A DNA stretch of 64,000 nt from Escherichia coli (GTDB lineage Bacteria; Pseudomonadota; Gammaproteobacteria; Enterobacterales; Enterobacteriaceae), in assembly GCF_044647545.1 (NCBI RefSeq), contig NZ_CP172818.1; one strand, 5' to 3'. The translations under genes were made by a program, and so were the position numbers. The notes under the pieces are model-generated. The model did no database searches and was not told the DNA's origin. It saw nothing but the letters and a program-made list of their open reading frames with translations. Below are positions 23,077 through 34,816 of this stretch, piece after piece; position 1 is the first letter of the stretch, and each line of letters opens with the position of its first letter.

Positions 23077-24987
23077 TTACCTGGAGGATGGTATCGCAAG
23101 GAAACGAACCGCACGGGCAATGTCACGGGTGCGCGGCGCTGGCGGCAGACTGGCGAGAAACGTCGCGCCGTAAGGGCGCATCACCAGCCGATTGTCGCAA
23201 ATCACTAACACGCCGCGATCGTCGGCGTCGCGAATCAATCGCCCTACCCCCTGCTTGAGAGTAATGACCGCATCCGGCAGTTGTACTTCATCGAACGGAT
23301 CACCACCGCGCAAACGGCAATCTTCCATGCGTGCTTTTAATAGTGGATCATCCGGCGAGGTAAACGGCAATTTGTCGATAATCACCAATGACAATGTATC
23401 GCCACGCACGTCCACCCCTTCCCAGAAACTGCTGGTTGCCACAAGAAGCGCGTTACCGGCGCTGACAAATTGCTGCAACAGTTGCCCTTTGCTGGTTTCC
23501 CCCTGCAACAAAACGGGAAGCGTCATGGTAGCGCGGAACTGCTCGGCCAGATCGCGCATCATGGCGTGCGAGGTACAAAGCATAAAACAACGACCGTTGT
23601 TAGCTTCGATGATCGGTCGCAGCATTGCCGCCAGTTGCCGTGCGGAACCCGGTTGATTGGTTTGCGGCAGGTTGCGCGGCACACAGAGTAACGCCTGGCG
23701 GCTGTAATCAAAGGGGCTGGGTAACAGCAACGACTCTGCCTGTTCAATGCCAAGCCGCGAGGTGAAATGATGCAGATCGTCGTTCACCGACAGCGTTGCT
23801 GAGGTAAAGATCCAGCTACCGGGTTTTTGCGCCATTAACTCTTTGAATTTATCCGCCACGCTGAGCGGCGTGAGTGCCAGAGTAAAATGGCGCGAAGTGC
23901 ATTCGTACCAGTAGCTGTAGCCCGGCTGATTGATCTCTTTTAGCCGTTTCAGCCGCGTACGATACAACGTGGCGCGCTCAAATGCCGCATCCAGCAAGGC
24001 GGAACGCCCCAGCGACAGTTTCGCCACGTCATAACAAAGTTCCAGGGTGTCATCGAGCAGTAAAAACGCCCGTTGAATTTGCGGATTAGCTAACAGTTCG
24101 CGCAGGTTGCCACGATAACCAGGCTCACCGAGTTGCAGGCGAAAATCCTGCGCGCTCTGGGCAAGGCGGTCGGCGCACTTTTGTAACTGCTGAGTATCTT
24201 TTAATTCGGTGCGATAGGCGATGGTGATGTCTTTTGCCAGGTCGAGCAGTTGTCGACTGGAGAGTGACTGACCAAAATACTGGCTGGCAATGTCGGGCAG
24301 TTGGTGGGCTTCGTCGAAGATCATGACGTCCGCTTCCGGGATCAGTTCGCCAAAACCGCTCTCTTTCACCACCATATCCGCCAGAAACAGATGATGATTC
24401 ACCACCACCACATCGGCGTCCATCGCTTTTTTGCGTGCTTTGACCACAAAGCAATCTTTATACATCGGGCAGTCGCTGCCAAGGCAGTTATCGTTGGTGC
24501 TGGTGACCAGCGGCCACGCCTGTGAATCTTCCGCCACGCTGACGCAGGTGCTGATATCACCATCGACTGTTTGATTAGACCAGGAGCGCAGCAGGATCAC
24601 ATCGCTTAAGATTTGTACCGGCAGATCGCCCCCCGCCAGCGCCTGCTGTTCGAGACGTTCGAGGCAGAGGTAGTTTGAGCGCCCTTTCAGCAACGCCACG
24701 TTGCCCGTGTATTTCAATGCCTTTGAGACCGTTGGCAAATCGCGGCTGTAGAGCTGATCCTGCAACGCTTTTGAACCGGTCGAGATAATGACTTTCTTTT
24801 TCGCCCGCAGCGCAGGAGCCAGGTAAGCGTAGGTTTTGCCCGTACCGGTTCCTGCTTCCACCACCAGCGGCTGGCCTTTTTCTATCGCCTGGGTGACGGC
24901 TACCGCCATCTGTCGCTGTGGTTCTCGCGGCTTAAAGCCTGGTATCGCTTTCGCCAGCTGACCATCTGGTGCAAAATCGTCCGTCAC
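23077..24987 (-). CDS. yoaA: DinG-family ATP-dependent helicase YoaA
   Basis: 636-aa ORF with Walker A (AGTGTGKT), DEAH box and Fe-S Cys cluster. Confidence 0.9.
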   Translation of the reverse strand: MTDDFAPDGQLAKAIPGFKPREPQRQMAVAVTQAIEKGQPLVVEAGTGTGKTYAYLAPALRAKKKVIISTGSKALQDQLYSRDLPTVSKALKYTGNVALLKGRSNYLCLERLEQQALAGGDLPVQILSDVILLRSWSNQTVDGDISTCVSVAEDSQAWPLVTSTNDNCLGSDCPMYKDCFVVKARKKAMDADVVVVNHHLFLADMVVKESGFGELIPEADVMIFDEAHQLPDIASQYFGQSLSSRQLLDLAKDITIAYRTELKDTQQLQKCADRLAQSAQDFRLQLGEPGYRGNLRELLANPQIQRAFLLLDDTLELCYDVAKLSLGRSALLDAAFERATLYRTRLKRLKEINQPGYSYWYECTSRHFTLALTPLSVADKFKELMAQKPGSWIFTSATLSVNDDLHHFTSRLGIEQAESLLLPSPFDYSRQALLCVPRNLPQTNQPGSARQLAAMLRPIIEANNGRCFMLCTSHAMMRDLAEQFRATMTLPVLLQGETSKGQLLQQFVSAGNALLVATSSFWEGVDVRGDTLSLVIIDKLPFTSPDDPLLKARMEDCRLRGGDPFDEVQLPDAVITLKQGVGRLIRDADDRGVLVICDNRLVMRPYGATFLASLPPAPRTRDIARAVRFLAIPSSR

Positions 24988-25118
24988 ACTACCCCCTGTT
25001 GATTTGAACAGGGATTATGTCAGGATGAGGGCGCTTTCGCCAGTTGAAGTGGTGACGGCGACCTCACATTGTGGCAGTCTTTGCAGCACGAAAATGGAAG
25101 TATAATGAGGACAAAATG

Positions 25119-25463
25119 ATGACTATCGTTCGTATCGATGCTGAAGCCCGCTGGTCTGATGTGGTGATCCACAACAACACGCTCTACTACACTGGTGTAC
25201 CGGAAAACCTCGACGCCGATGCTTTCGAGCAAACTGCCAACACGCTGGCGCAAATTGACGCCGTGCTGGAAAAACAGGGCAGCAATAAATCGAGCATTCT
25301 GGATGCCACCATTTTCCTGGCCGATAAAAACGACTTCGCGGCGATGAATAAAGCCTGGGATGCCTGGGTTGTCGCGGGTCATGCGCCGGTGCGCTGCACG
25401 GTACAAGCGGGTTTAATGAACCCGAAGTATAAAGTTGAAATTAAGATTGTGGCTGCAGTGTAA
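25119..25463 (+). CDS. yoaB: RidA/YjgF-family protein YoaB
   Basis: 114 aa from internal Met (MTIVRIDAEARW...); ORF track start 25071 is an upstream extension. Confidence 0.85.
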   Translation: MTIVRIDAEARWSDVVIHNNTLYYTGVPENLDADAFEQTANTLAQIDAVLEKQGSNKSSILDATIFLADKNDFAAMNKAWDAWVVAGHAPVRCTVQAGLMNPKYKVEIKIVAAV

Positions 25464-25824
25464 GCTTTATCGAAGCATAATAAGTCAGACGATAATTTAT
25501 CGATAATACTGGTCGGTTTTGCATAAATCGACCAGAGATTAAGTTATTACTGTTGATGCTCCTGCTAATTCATTATTTATTTTTATAATTTCAATTTCAT
25601 CTATAAAACTAGCTATATAAATAAACATAACCATGCCGTTGTGTTCGCCTTCTGATTAGCAACTCTGGTTTTCTTTCTTGGCTGAACAATCTGGTTATAG
25701 CGTGAGAACTGACCGTTAATTTTCTCCCTCTTACTGGATAACACACCATGAGCTGCTACCTTTAAAACACCTGAATGTCAACAGGTTAACTCGTGCCATA
25801 TCGTTATAATCCCTTTGATATTAG

Positions 25825-26184
25825 ATGCAAATTAAGGTCATATATAGCCTTATCGATAACATGGTTAATTTTAAGGATAAGAATATGCCTGCTGTAATAG
25901 ATAAAGCCCTGGATTTCATTGGTGCCATGGATGTATCAGCACCAACACCAAGTTCGATGAATGAAAGCACGGCGAAGGGAATCTTTAAATATTTGAAAGA
26001 ACTGGGAGTACCCGCGAGTGCCGCTGATATTACGGCGCGAGCTGACCAGGAAGGCTGGAACCCGGGGTTCACGGAAAAAATGGTTGGATGGGCAAAAAAA
26101 ATGGAGTCTGGTGAACGCATTGTGATTAAAAATCCTGAATACTTTTCAACATATATGCAGGAAGAACTAAAAGCACTGGTCTAA
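25825..26184 (+). CDS. yoaC: DUF1889 protein YoaC (true start may be the internal Met at 25885)
   Basis: 119-aa ORF after a roughly 360-bp AT-rich intergenic region. Confidence 0.75.
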   Translation: MQIKVIYSLIDNMVNFKDKNMPAVIDKALDFIGAMDVSAPTPSSMNESTAKGIFKYLKELGVPASAADITARADQEGWNPGFTEKMVGWAKKMESGERIVIKNPEYFSTYMQEELKALV

Positions 26185-26211
26185 GTTAAATTTACATCAG
26201 CATAAATGGGT

Positions 26212-26251
26212 CAGGACGCTTTTAATCACATATGAAAAGCGTCCTTTTTCT
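26212..26251. terminator. Hairpin terminator between convergent yoaC and yoaH
   Basis: AGGACGCTTT...AAAGCGTCCT stem followed by T5. Confidence 0.5.
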
Positions 26252-26303
26252 CACAATCAAATAACCATCGGCTTCTATAACGAAAGCGATACGGGTTAGT
26301 GTG

Positions 26304-26483
26304 TTACTCGTCTTCATCCTCAAAACGCGCCACGATTCGCTCGCCGGAATGGTTGGCACGCAGCTCTTCTGCCACCAACGCGATTGCCTGGCCGCTGCTC
26401 ATCCCTTGAGCCATCAGTTCCTGGATCCGCTCGACAGCTTTTTGCTGCTGTTCATGGGTGAGTGAAGGTAAACCTGCAAACAT
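26304..26483 (-). CDS. yoaH: UPF0181 protein YoaH (59 aa)
   Basis: Hand-translated minus-strand ORF: [59 protein letters not shown]. Confidence 0.7.
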
Positions 26484-26556
26484 TGTTAACTCCTGCTAAA
26501 TTGTTGGCGCTAATTATTTCATGCTACCCGGCACATAGCCAGTAGAGTCAGGACTG

Positions 26557-27918
26557 ATGAAGACGTTATCTCCCGCTGTGATTACTTTACCCTGGCGTCA
26601 GGACGCCGCTGAATTTTATTTCTCCCGCTTAAGCCACCTGCCGTGGGCGATGCTTTTACACTCCGGCTATGCCGATCATCCGTATAGCCGCTTTGATATT
26701 GTGGTCGCCGAGCCAATTTGCACTTTAACTACTTTCGGTAAAGAAACCGTTATTAGTGAAAGCGATAAACGTACAACGACCACTGATGACCCGCTACAGG
26801 TGCTCCAGCAGGTGCTGGATCGCGCAGACATTCGCCCAGCGCATAACGAAGATTTGCCATTTCAGGGCGGCGCGCTGGGGTTGTTTGGCTACGATCTGGG
26901 CCGCCGTTTTGAGTCACTGCCAGAAATTGCGCAGCAAGATATCGTTCTGCCGGATATGGCAGTGGGTATCTACGACTGGGCGCTGGTTGTCGACCACCAG
27001 CGTCAAACAGTTTCTTTGCTGAGTCATAATGATGTCAATGCCCGTCGGGCATGGCTGGAAAGCCAGCAATTCTCCCCACAGGAAGATTTCACGCTCACTT
27101 CCGACTGGCAATCCAATATGACCCGCGAGCAGTACGGCGAAAAATTTCGCCAGGTACAGGAATATCTGCACAGCGGTGATTGCTATCAGGTGAATCTCGC
27201 CCAGCGTTTTCATGCGACCTATTCTGGCGATGAATGGCAGGCATTCCTTCAGCTTAATCAGGCCAACCGCGCGCCATTTAGCGCTTTTTTACGTCTTGAA
27301 CAGGGCGCGATTTTAAGCCTTTCGCCAGAGCGGTTTATCCTTTGTGATAATAGTGAAATCCAGACCCGCCCGATTAAAGGCACGCTACCACGCCTGCCCG
27401 ATCCTCAGGAAGATAGCAAACAAGCAGAAAAACTGGCGAACTCAGCGAAAGATCGCGCTGAAAATCTGATGATTGTTGATTTAATGCGTAATGATATCGG
27501 TCGCGTTGCCGTAGCCGGTTCGGTAAAAGTACCAGAGCTGTTCGTGGTGGAACCCTTCCCTGCCGTGCATCATCTGGTCAGCACCATAACGGCGCGGCTA
27601 CCAGAACAGTTACACACCAGCGATCTGCTGCGCGCAGCTTTTCCTGGTGGCTCAATAACCGGGGCTCCGAAAGTACGGGCTATGGAAATTATCGACGAAC
27701 TGGAACCGCACCGACGAAATGCCTGGTGCGGCAGCATTGGCTATTTGAGCTTTTGCGGCAACATGGACACCAGCATTACTATCCGCACGCTGACTGCCAT
27801 TAACGGACAAATTTACTGCTCTGCGGGGGGTGGAATTGTCGCCGATAGCCAGGAAGAAGCGGAATATCAGGAAACTTTTGATAAAGTTAATAAGATATTA
27901 CGCCAACTGGAGAAGTAA
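26557..27918 (+). CDS. pabB: Aminodeoxychorismate synthase component I
   Basis: 453-aa ORF of the chorismate-binding enzyme family. Confidence 0.9.
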   Translation: MKTLSPAVITLPWRQDAAEFYFSRLSHLPWAMLLHSGYADHPYSRFDIVVAEPICTLTTFGKETVISESDKRTTTTDDPLQVLQQVLDRADIRPAHNEDLPFQGGALGLFGYDLGRRFESLPEIAQQDIVLPDMAVGIYDWALVVDHQRQTVSLLSHNDVNARRAWLESQQFSPQEDFTLTSDWQSNMTREQYGEKFRQVQEYLHSGDCYQVNLAQRFHATYSGDEWQAFLQLNQANRAPFSAFLRLEQGAILSLSPERFILCDNSEIQTRPIKGTLPRLPDPQEDSKQAEKLANSAKDRAENLMIVDLMRNDIGRVAVAGSVKVPELFVVEPFPAVHHLVSTITARLPEQLHTSDLLRAAFPGGSITGAPKVRAMEIIDELEPHRRNAWCGSIGYLSFCGNMDTSITIRTLTAINGQIYCSAGGGIVADSQEEAEYQETFDKVNKILRQLEK

Positions 27919-27921
27919 GAC

Positions 27922-28500
27922 GTGGAATACCGTAGCCTGACGCTTGATGATTTTTTATCGCGCTTTCAACTTTTGCGCCCGCAAATTAACCGGGAAACCC
28001 TAAATCATCGTCAGGCTGCCGTGTTAATCCCCATCGTCCGTCGACCGCAACCGGGGTTGTTGCTGACTCAGCGTTCGATTCATCTGCGTAAACACGCCGG
28101 ACAAGTGGCATTCCCTGGAGGTGCAGTCGATGACACGGACACATCCGTTATCGCCGCCGCGCTGCGCGAAGCTGAAGAAGAGGTCGCTATACCGCCTTCT
28201 GCCGTTGAAGTTATTGGCGTGCTGCCGCCCGTCGATAGCGTCACTGGCTATCAGGTAACCCCAGTGGTCGGCATTATCCCGCCCGATCTGCCGTATCGCG
28301 CCAGTGAAGATGAAGTCTCTGCCGTCTTTGAAATGCCGCTCGCCCAGGCATTACATCTGGGTCGTTATCATCCTTTAGATATCTACCGCCGTGGCGATTC
28401 ACATCGGGTATGGCTGTCCTGGTACGAACAGTATTTTGTATGGGGAATGACCGCAGGCATAATTCGTGAACTGGCGCTGCAAATTGGTGTGAAACCCTGA
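27922..28500 (+). CDS. nudL: Nudix hydrolase (CoA pyrophosphatase-type) NudL
   Basis: 192-aa ORF with Nudix box (GGAVDDTD...REAEEEVAI); starts 4 nt after pabB. Confidence 0.9.
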   Translation: MEYRSLTLDDFLSRFQLLRPQINRETLNHRQAAVLIPIVRRPQPGLLLTQRSIHLRKHAGQVAFPGGAVDDTDTSVIAAALREAEEEVAIPPSAVEVIGVLPPVDSVTGYQVTPVVGIIPPDLPYRASEDEVSAVFEMPLAQALHLGRYHPLDIYRRGDSHRVWLSWYEQYFVWGMTAGIIRELALQIGVKP

Positions 28501-28683
28501 CTATACTTATCTTTACATCTACAAAACACTACTTGAGACAATCATCGCAATATTAGTTAAATCGCGGTTTTTGATTAGTTTAATTCATGTGAATAGTTAA
28601 GCCAGTCGCCGCGTTCCCTCTTACACTATGCGCTGTTATTAGTTCGTTACTGGAAGTCCAGTCACCTTGTCAGGAGTATTATC

Positions 28684-30048
28684 GTGATTAGTCTATTCGA
28701 CATGTTTAAGGTGGGGATTGGTCCCTCATCTTCCCATACCGTAGGGCCTATGAAGGCGGGTAAACAGTTCGTCGATGATCTGGTCGAAAAAGGCTTACTG
28801 GATAGCGTTACTCGCGTTGCCGTGGACGTTTATGGTTCACTGTCGCTGACGGGTAAAGGCCACCACACCGATATCGCCATTATTATGGGTCTTGCAGGTA
28901 ACGAACCTGCCACCGTGGATATCGACAGTATTCCCGGTTTTATTCGCGACGTAGAAGAGCGCGAACGTCTGCTGCTGGCACAGGGACGGCATGAAGTGGA
29001 TTTCCCGCGCGACAACGGGATGCGTTTTCATAACGGTAACCTGCCGCTGCATGAAAACGGTATGCAAATCCACGCCTATAATGGCGATGAAGTCGTCTAC
29101 AGCAAAACTTATTATTCCATCGGCGGCGGTTTTATCGTCGATGAAGAACACTTTGGTCAGGATGCCGCCAACGAAGTGAGCGTGCCGTATCCGTTCAAAT
29201 CTGCCACCGAACTGCTCGCGTACTGTAATGAAACCGGCTATTCGCTTTCTGGTCTCGCTATGCAGAACGAACTGGCGCTGCACAGCAAGAAAGAGATCGA
29301 CGAGTATTTCGCGCATGTCTGGCAAACCATGCAGGCATGTATCGATCGCGGGATGAATACCGAAGGCGTACTGCCAGGCCCGCTGCGCGTGCCGCGTCGT
29401 GCGTCTGCCCTGCGCCGGATGCTGGTTTCCAGCGATAAACTGTCTAACGATCCGATGAATGTCATTGACTGGGTAAACATGTTTGCGCTGGCAGTTAACG
29501 AAGAGAACGCCGCCGGTGGTCGTGTGGTAACTGCGCCAACCAACGGTGCTTGTGGCATTGTTCCGGCAGTGCTGGCTTATTATGACCACTTTATTGAATC
29601 GGTTAGCCCGGACATCTATACCCGTTACTTTATGGCAGCGGGCGCGATTGGTGCACTGTATAAAATGAACGCCTCTATTTCCGGTGCGGAAGTCGGTTGC
29701 CAGGGCGAAGTGGGTGTTGCCTGTTCAATGGCTGCTGCGGGCCTTGCCGAGCTGTTGGGCGGTAGCCCGGAACAGGTTTGTGTGGCAGCGGAAATTGGCA
29801 TGGAGCACAACCTCGGTCTGACCTGTGACCCTGTTGCAGGGCAAGTTCAGGTGCCGTGCATTGAACGTAACGCCATTGCGTCAGTCAAGGCGATTAACGC
29901 CGCGCGGATGGCCCTGCGTCGCACCAGTGCACCGCGCGTCTCGCTGGATAAGGTCATCGAAACGATGTACGAAACCGGTAAAGACATGAACGCCAAGTAC
30001 CGCGAAACGTCTCGTGGTGGTCTGGCAATTAAAGTCCAGTGTGACTAA
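28684..30048 (+). CDS. sdaA: L-serine dehydratase 1 (Fe-S)
   Basis: 454-aa ORF beginning [23 protein letters not shown]. Confidence 0.95.
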   Translation: MISLFDMFKVGIGPSSSHTVGPMKAGKQFVDDLVEKGLLDSVTRVAVDVYGSLSLTGKGHHTDIAIIMGLAGNEPATVDIDSIPGFIRDVEERERLLLAQGRHEVDFPRDNGMRFHNGNLPLHENGMQIHAYNGDEVVYSKTYYSIGGGFIVDEEHFGQDAANEVSVPYPFKSATELLAYCNETGYSLSGLAMQNELALHSKKEIDEYFAHVWQTMQACIDRGMNTEGVLPGPLRVPRRASALRRMLVSSDKLSNDPMNVIDWVNMFALAVNEENAAGGRVVTAPTNGACGIVPAVLAYYDHFIESVSPDIYTRYFMAAGAIGALYKMNASISGAEVGCQGEVGVACSMAAAGLAELLGGSPEQVCVAAEIGMEHNLGLTCDPVAGQVQVPCIERNAIASVKAINAARMALRRTSAPRVSLDKVIETMYETGKDMNAKYRETSRGGLAIKVQCD

Positions 30049-30161
30049 TACTTTATCCTCGCCCATCTGCAACCCCGCTTTCTCGTCTGCTGTAATATTC
30101 CCCACTACACTTCCACTGTTGCGTCAGGCGTTTGTCGCCATACGCTTACAGGGTGGCCCGC

Positions 30162-31760
30162 ATGCAAAAAGCACAACGGATCATTAAAACCTATCGCCGT
30201 AATCGAATGATTGTTTGTACGATTTGCGCACTCGTTACGCTCGCTTCGACCCTGAGCGTGCGATTTATTTCACAGCGTAACTTAAATCAACAACGGGTAG
30301 TACAATTCGCCAATCACGCTGTAGAGGAATTAGATAAAGTACTGCTTCCCCTACAGGCAGGTAGCGAAGTCTTGCTTCCGCTGATTGGTCTGCCCTGCTC
30401 TGTCGCCCATTTGCCATTACGTAAACAGGCGGCAAAACTCCAAACTGTGCGATCCATTGGCCTGGTGCAAGACGGCACACTTTATTGCTCCAGCATTTTT
30501 GGTTATCGCAATGTGCCCGTCGTGGACATTCTGGCTGAACTTCCTGCACCGCAACCACTTTTACGCCTGACGATCGACCGTGCCCTGATTAAAGGCAGTC
30601 CGGTTTTGATTCAGTGGACGCCAGCAGCGGGCAGTAGCAAAGCTGGGGTCATGGAGATGATTAACATCGACTTACTGGCGGCAATGCTGCTTGAGCCACA
30701 ACTGCCGCAAATCAGTAGCGCCAGCCTGACGGTGGACAATCGGCATTTGCTCTATGGTAATGGGCTGGTAGATTCCCTTCCGCAACCTGAAAACAATGAA
30801 AACTACCAGGTTTCTTCGCAACGCTTTCCTTTTACCATTAACGTTAATGGTCCGGGGGCTACGGCGCTGGCATGGCACTATCTTCCAACACAATTACCGC
30901 TGGCGGTGCTGCTAAGTTTACTGGTGGGCTACATCGCCTGGCTGGCGACCGCTTACCGGATGAGCTTTTCCCGCGAAATCAATCTGGGCCTGGCGCAACA
31001 TGAGTTCGAATTGTTCTGTCAGCCTTTGCTTAATGCGCGCAGCCAGCAATGTATTGGTGTAGAGATTTTGCTTCGCTGGAACAATCCGCGTCAGGGCTGG
31101 ATTTCACCGGATGTGTTTATTCCTATCGCGGAAGAACATCATTTAATTGTGCCACTGACCCGCTATGTGATGGCAGAAACCATCCGTCAGCGGCATGTTT
31201 TCCCAATGAGTAGTCAGTTTCATGTTGGCATTAACGTCGCACCCAGCCATTTTCGCCGTGGTGTGCTGATAAAAGATCTCAATCAGTACTGGTTTAGCGC
31301 TCACCCGATTCAGCAACTGATCCTCGAAATCACCGAACGCGATGCCTTACTGGATGTTGATTATCGGATTGCCCGCGAGCTGCATCGTAAAAACGTCAAA
31401 CTGGCGATTGATGACTTCGGCACCGGCAACAGTTCGTTTTCCTGGCTTGAAACATTACGTCCTGACGTGCTGAAAATTGATAAGTCATTTACCGCAGCTA
31501 TAGGTTCTGACGCGGTTAACTCGACGGTGACCGATATCATCATCGCTCTGGGGCAAAGACTGAATATTGAACTGGTGGCGGAGGGTGTGGAAACACAAGA
31601 ACAGGCGAAGTATTTGCGCCGTCATGGGGTGCATATTTTGCAAGGGTATTTGTACGCACAGCCGATGCCGCTACGTGATTTTCCCAAATGGCTGGCGGGC
31701 AGCCAACCGCCGCCCGCCCGGCATAATGGACATATCACGCCCGTTATGCCGTTACGTTAA
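30162..31760 (+). CDS. pdeD: CSS-motif EAL-domain c-di-GMP phosphodiesterase
   Basis: 532 aa from internal Met; periplasmic loop carries Cys and a CSS motif (TLYCSSIFGY); C-terminal EAL-type domain. Confidence 0.85.
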   Translation: MQKAQRIIKTYRRNRMIVCTICALVTLASTLSVRFISQRNLNQQRVVQFANHAVEELDKVLLPLQAGSEVLLPLIGLPCSVAHLPLRKQAAKLQTVRSIGLVQDGTLYCSSIFGYRNVPVVDILAELPAPQPLLRLTIDRALIKGSPVLIQWTPAAGSSKAGVMEMINIDLLAAMLLEPQLPQISSASLTVDNRHLLYGNGLVDSLPQPENNENYQVSSQRFPFTINVNGPGATALAWHYLPTQLPLAVLLSLLVGYIAWLATAYRMSFSREINLGLAQHEFELFCQPLLNARSQQCIGVEILLRWNNPRQGWISPDVFIPIAEEHHLIVPLTRYVMAETIRQRHVFPMSSQFHVGINVAPSHFRRGVLIKDLNQYWFSAHPIQQLILEITERDALLDVDYRIARELHRKNVKLAIDDFGTGNSSFSWLETLRPDVLKIDKSFTAAIGSDAVNSTVTDIIIALGQRLNIELVAEGVETQEQAKYLRRHGVHILQGYLYAQPMPLRDFPKWLAGSQPPPARHNGHITPVMPLR

Positions 31761-31763
31761 CAC

Positions 31764-33320
31764 TTACTCATCTTCATCGTGCGCCGGTTGCTCTTTAACA
31801 ATGCGAACCAGATCAACACGATAATCATTGGCTTCAATGATGGTGATATGCAGTGGCCCTACATCAATCACATCGCCCACACGGGGAATGTGACCATTTG
31901 CCGAGATCACGAGGCCCGCGACCGTCGCGATATCATCGTCATCGGCAAGGTGCTCAACATCAAGCGCCTGCTGCAAGGCATGCAAATCTGTACCGCCTTT
32001 TACCAGCCAGCCGTCACCGTCGGTAATGATTTCCGGCGTTTCGTCAGCGTCCGGGAATTCACCCGCAATGGCTTCCAGCACATCCAGCGGCGTGACCAAG
32101 CCTTGTACCACACCAAACTCGTTGGTCACGATAACAAAGCTCCCGCGAGCACGACGCAGCACGCCCAGCAGGTTGATCGGATCGAGGGTTTCCGGGACGA
32201 TAATCGCCGGAGACGCCGAAGCAATCGCCGCCACATCAACGCCCTCTTCCAGCGCCACCAGCAGTTCTTTAGCACGTACGATACCAATGATTTCATCCAG
32301 TTCACCGCGACATACCGGGAACAGACTGTGCGGTGAAGAGAGCAGTTGCTCGCGGATTTCATCGACCCCGAGATTAGCGTCAACCCAGCTTATTTCACCG
32401 CGCGGCGTCATGATCCCGCGCAGAGAACGCGACGCCAGCGTCAATACGCCGTTAATCATGTAACGTTCTTCTTCGGCAAATGCACCTTCCGGGATCGGCA
32501 TCGGCATCGGGTTATCGGCATCGTGCTGGACATTGGCCTGACGTTTCCCGCCCATCAAACGCAGGATGGCATCGGCAGTACGCGCTCGCAGCGGCAAAGT
32601 CGACTGGTGACGAATAAAGTTGCGACGCGCAATCTGGTTAAACACTTCGATGATGATCGAGAAGCCAATAGCGGCATACAGGTAACCTTTCGGAATGTGG
32701 AAACCGAAACCTTCTGCCACCAGACTCAGACCAATCATTAACAGGAAGCTCAGACAGAGCACCACCACCGTGGGGTGCTGGTTAACGAATCGCGTCAGCG
32801 GTTTCGATGCCAGCAGCATAACCGCCATCGCAATCACTACCGCCGCCATCATCACCGGCAGATGGTTAACCATCCCTACTGCAGTAATTACCGCATCCAA
32901 TGAGAAGACGGCGTCAAGGATGACAATCTGTGTGACGACCACCCAGAAACTGGCGTAGCCTTTACCGTGGCCGGAATCATGATCGCGGTTTTCCAGCCGT
33001 TCATGCAGTTCGGTTGTTGCTTTGAACAGCAAGAATATCCCCCCGAACAACATAATCAGGTCGCGTCCGGAGAAGGAGAAATCCATGACGGTAAATAGCG
33101 GTTTGGTCAGCGTGACCATCCATGAAATCAGCGACAGCAGCCCCAGACGCATAATCAGCGCCAATGATAATCCCAGCAAACGCGCTTTATCGCGTTGTTT
33201 TGGCGGCAGTTTGTCAGCAAGAATGGCGATGAAGACCAGGTTATCGATACCCAGCACAATTTCCAGAACAACAAGCGTGAGTAGCCCCGCCCAAATTGAG
33301 GGGTCCATTAAGAATTCCAT
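31764..33320 (-). CDS. yoaE: TerC-family membrane protein with CBS and CorC/HlyC domains, YoaE
   Basis: 518-aa ORF with TerC-like TM N-terminus and CBS pair. Confidence 0.85.
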
Positions 33321-33782
33321 GACAAGCTCCTGCTTAAGGAATAGCTATTCGACGCCAGAAATAATGCAGGCGTAACGACAAAATGCAAACGAAAGGTGCG
33401 GCATAGAGTGCCAGAAAGGCAGGCGTTAAAAGGCCTGATGCTGAAATGACGTCGGTGACGATCCATACTGCGGGCTACTGCCCTATACTCCATGGTTGTT
33501 AAACGGGAGTTAAACATATCAGAGACACATCTGATTTGGCAAAGATTTACCTTCCTTTGCAAACGAATGTGACAAGGATATTTTACCTTTCGAAATTTCT
33601 GCTAATCGAAAGTTAAATTACGGATCTTCATCACATAAAATAATTTTTTCGATATCTAAAATAAATCGCGAAACGCAGGGGTTTTTGGTTGTAGCCCTTA
33701 TCTGAATCGATTCGATTGTGGACGACGATTCAAAAATACATCTGGCACGTTGAGGTGTTAACGATAATAAAGGAGGTAGCAA

Positions 33783-34754
33783 GTGACCATTGCTATTGTT
33801 ATAGGCACACATGGTTGGGCTGCAGAGCAGTTGCTTAAAACGGCAGAAATGCTGTTAGGCGAGCAGGAAAACGTCGGCTGGATCGATTTCGTTCCAGGTG
33901 AAAATGCCGAAACGCTGATTGAAAAGTACAACGCTCAGTTGGCAAAACTCGACACCACTAAAGGCGTGCTGTTTCTCGTTGATACATGGGGAGGCAGCCC
34001 GTTCAATGCTGCCAGCCGCATTGTCGTCGACAAAGAGCATTATGAAGTCATTGCAGGCGTTAACATTCCAATGCTCGTGGAAACGTTAATGGCCCGTGAT
34101 GATGACCCAAGCTTTGATGAACTGGTTGCGCTGGCAGTAGAAACAGGCCGTGAAGGCGTGAAAGCGCTGAAAGCCAAACCGGTTGAAAAAGCCGCGCCAG
34201 CACCCGCTGCCGCAGCACCAAAAGCGGCTCCAACTCCGGCAAAACCAATGGGACCAAACGACTACATGGTTATTGGCCTTGCGCGTATCGACGACCGTCT
34301 GATTCACGGTCAGGTCGCCACCCGCTGGACCAAAGAAACCAATGTCTCCCGTATTATTGTTGTTAGTGATGAAGTGGCTGCGGATACCGTTCGTAAGACA
34401 CTGCTCACCCAGGTTGCACCTCCGGGCGTAACAGCACACGTAGTTGATGTTGCCAAAATGATTCGCGTCTACAACAACCCGAAATATGCTGGCGAACGCG
34501 TAATGCTGTTATTTACCAACCCAACAGATGTAGAGCGTCTCGTTGAAGGCGGCGTGAAAATCACCTCTGTTAACGTCGGTGGTATGGCATTCCGTCAGGG
34601 TAAAACCCAGGTGAATAACGCGGTTTCGGTTGATGAAAAAGATATCGAGGCGTTCAAGAAACTGAATGCGCGCGGTATTGAGCTGGAAGTCCGTAAGGTT
34701 TCCACCGATCCGAAACTGAAAATGATGGATCTGATCAGCAAAATCGATAAGTAA
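33783..34754 (+). CDS. manX: Mannose PTS EIIAB component
   Basis: 323-aa ORF with IIA and IIB domains joined by an Ala/Pro-rich linker. Confidence 0.95.
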   Translation: MTIAIVIGTHGWAAEQLLKTAEMLLGEQENVGWIDFVPGENAETLIEKYNAQLAKLDTTKGVLFLVDTWGGSPFNAASRIVVDKEHYEVIAGVNIPMLVETLMARDDDPSFDELVALAVETGREGVKALKAKPVEKAAPAPAAAAPKAAPTPAKPMGPNDYMVIGLARIDDRLIHGQVATRWTKETNVSRIIVVSDEVAADTVRKTLLTQVAPPGVTAHVVDVAKMIRVYNNPKYAGERVMLLFTNPTDVERLVEGGVKITSVNVGGMAFRQGKTQVNNAVSVDEKDIEAFKKLNARGIELEVRKVSTDPKLKMMDLISKIDK

Positions 34755-34816
34755 CGTATTGTGTTGATTATCACTCAGTTTTCACACTTAAGTCTTACGT
34801 AAACAGGAGAAGTACA

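Noticed and set aside
28837-29589. 250-aa ORF on the minus strand inside sdaA
   Set aside because: Entirely antisense to the well-supported sdaA coding sequence, with no SD and an Arg/His-rich composition typical of a GC-rich antisense frame; treated as a shadow ORF.
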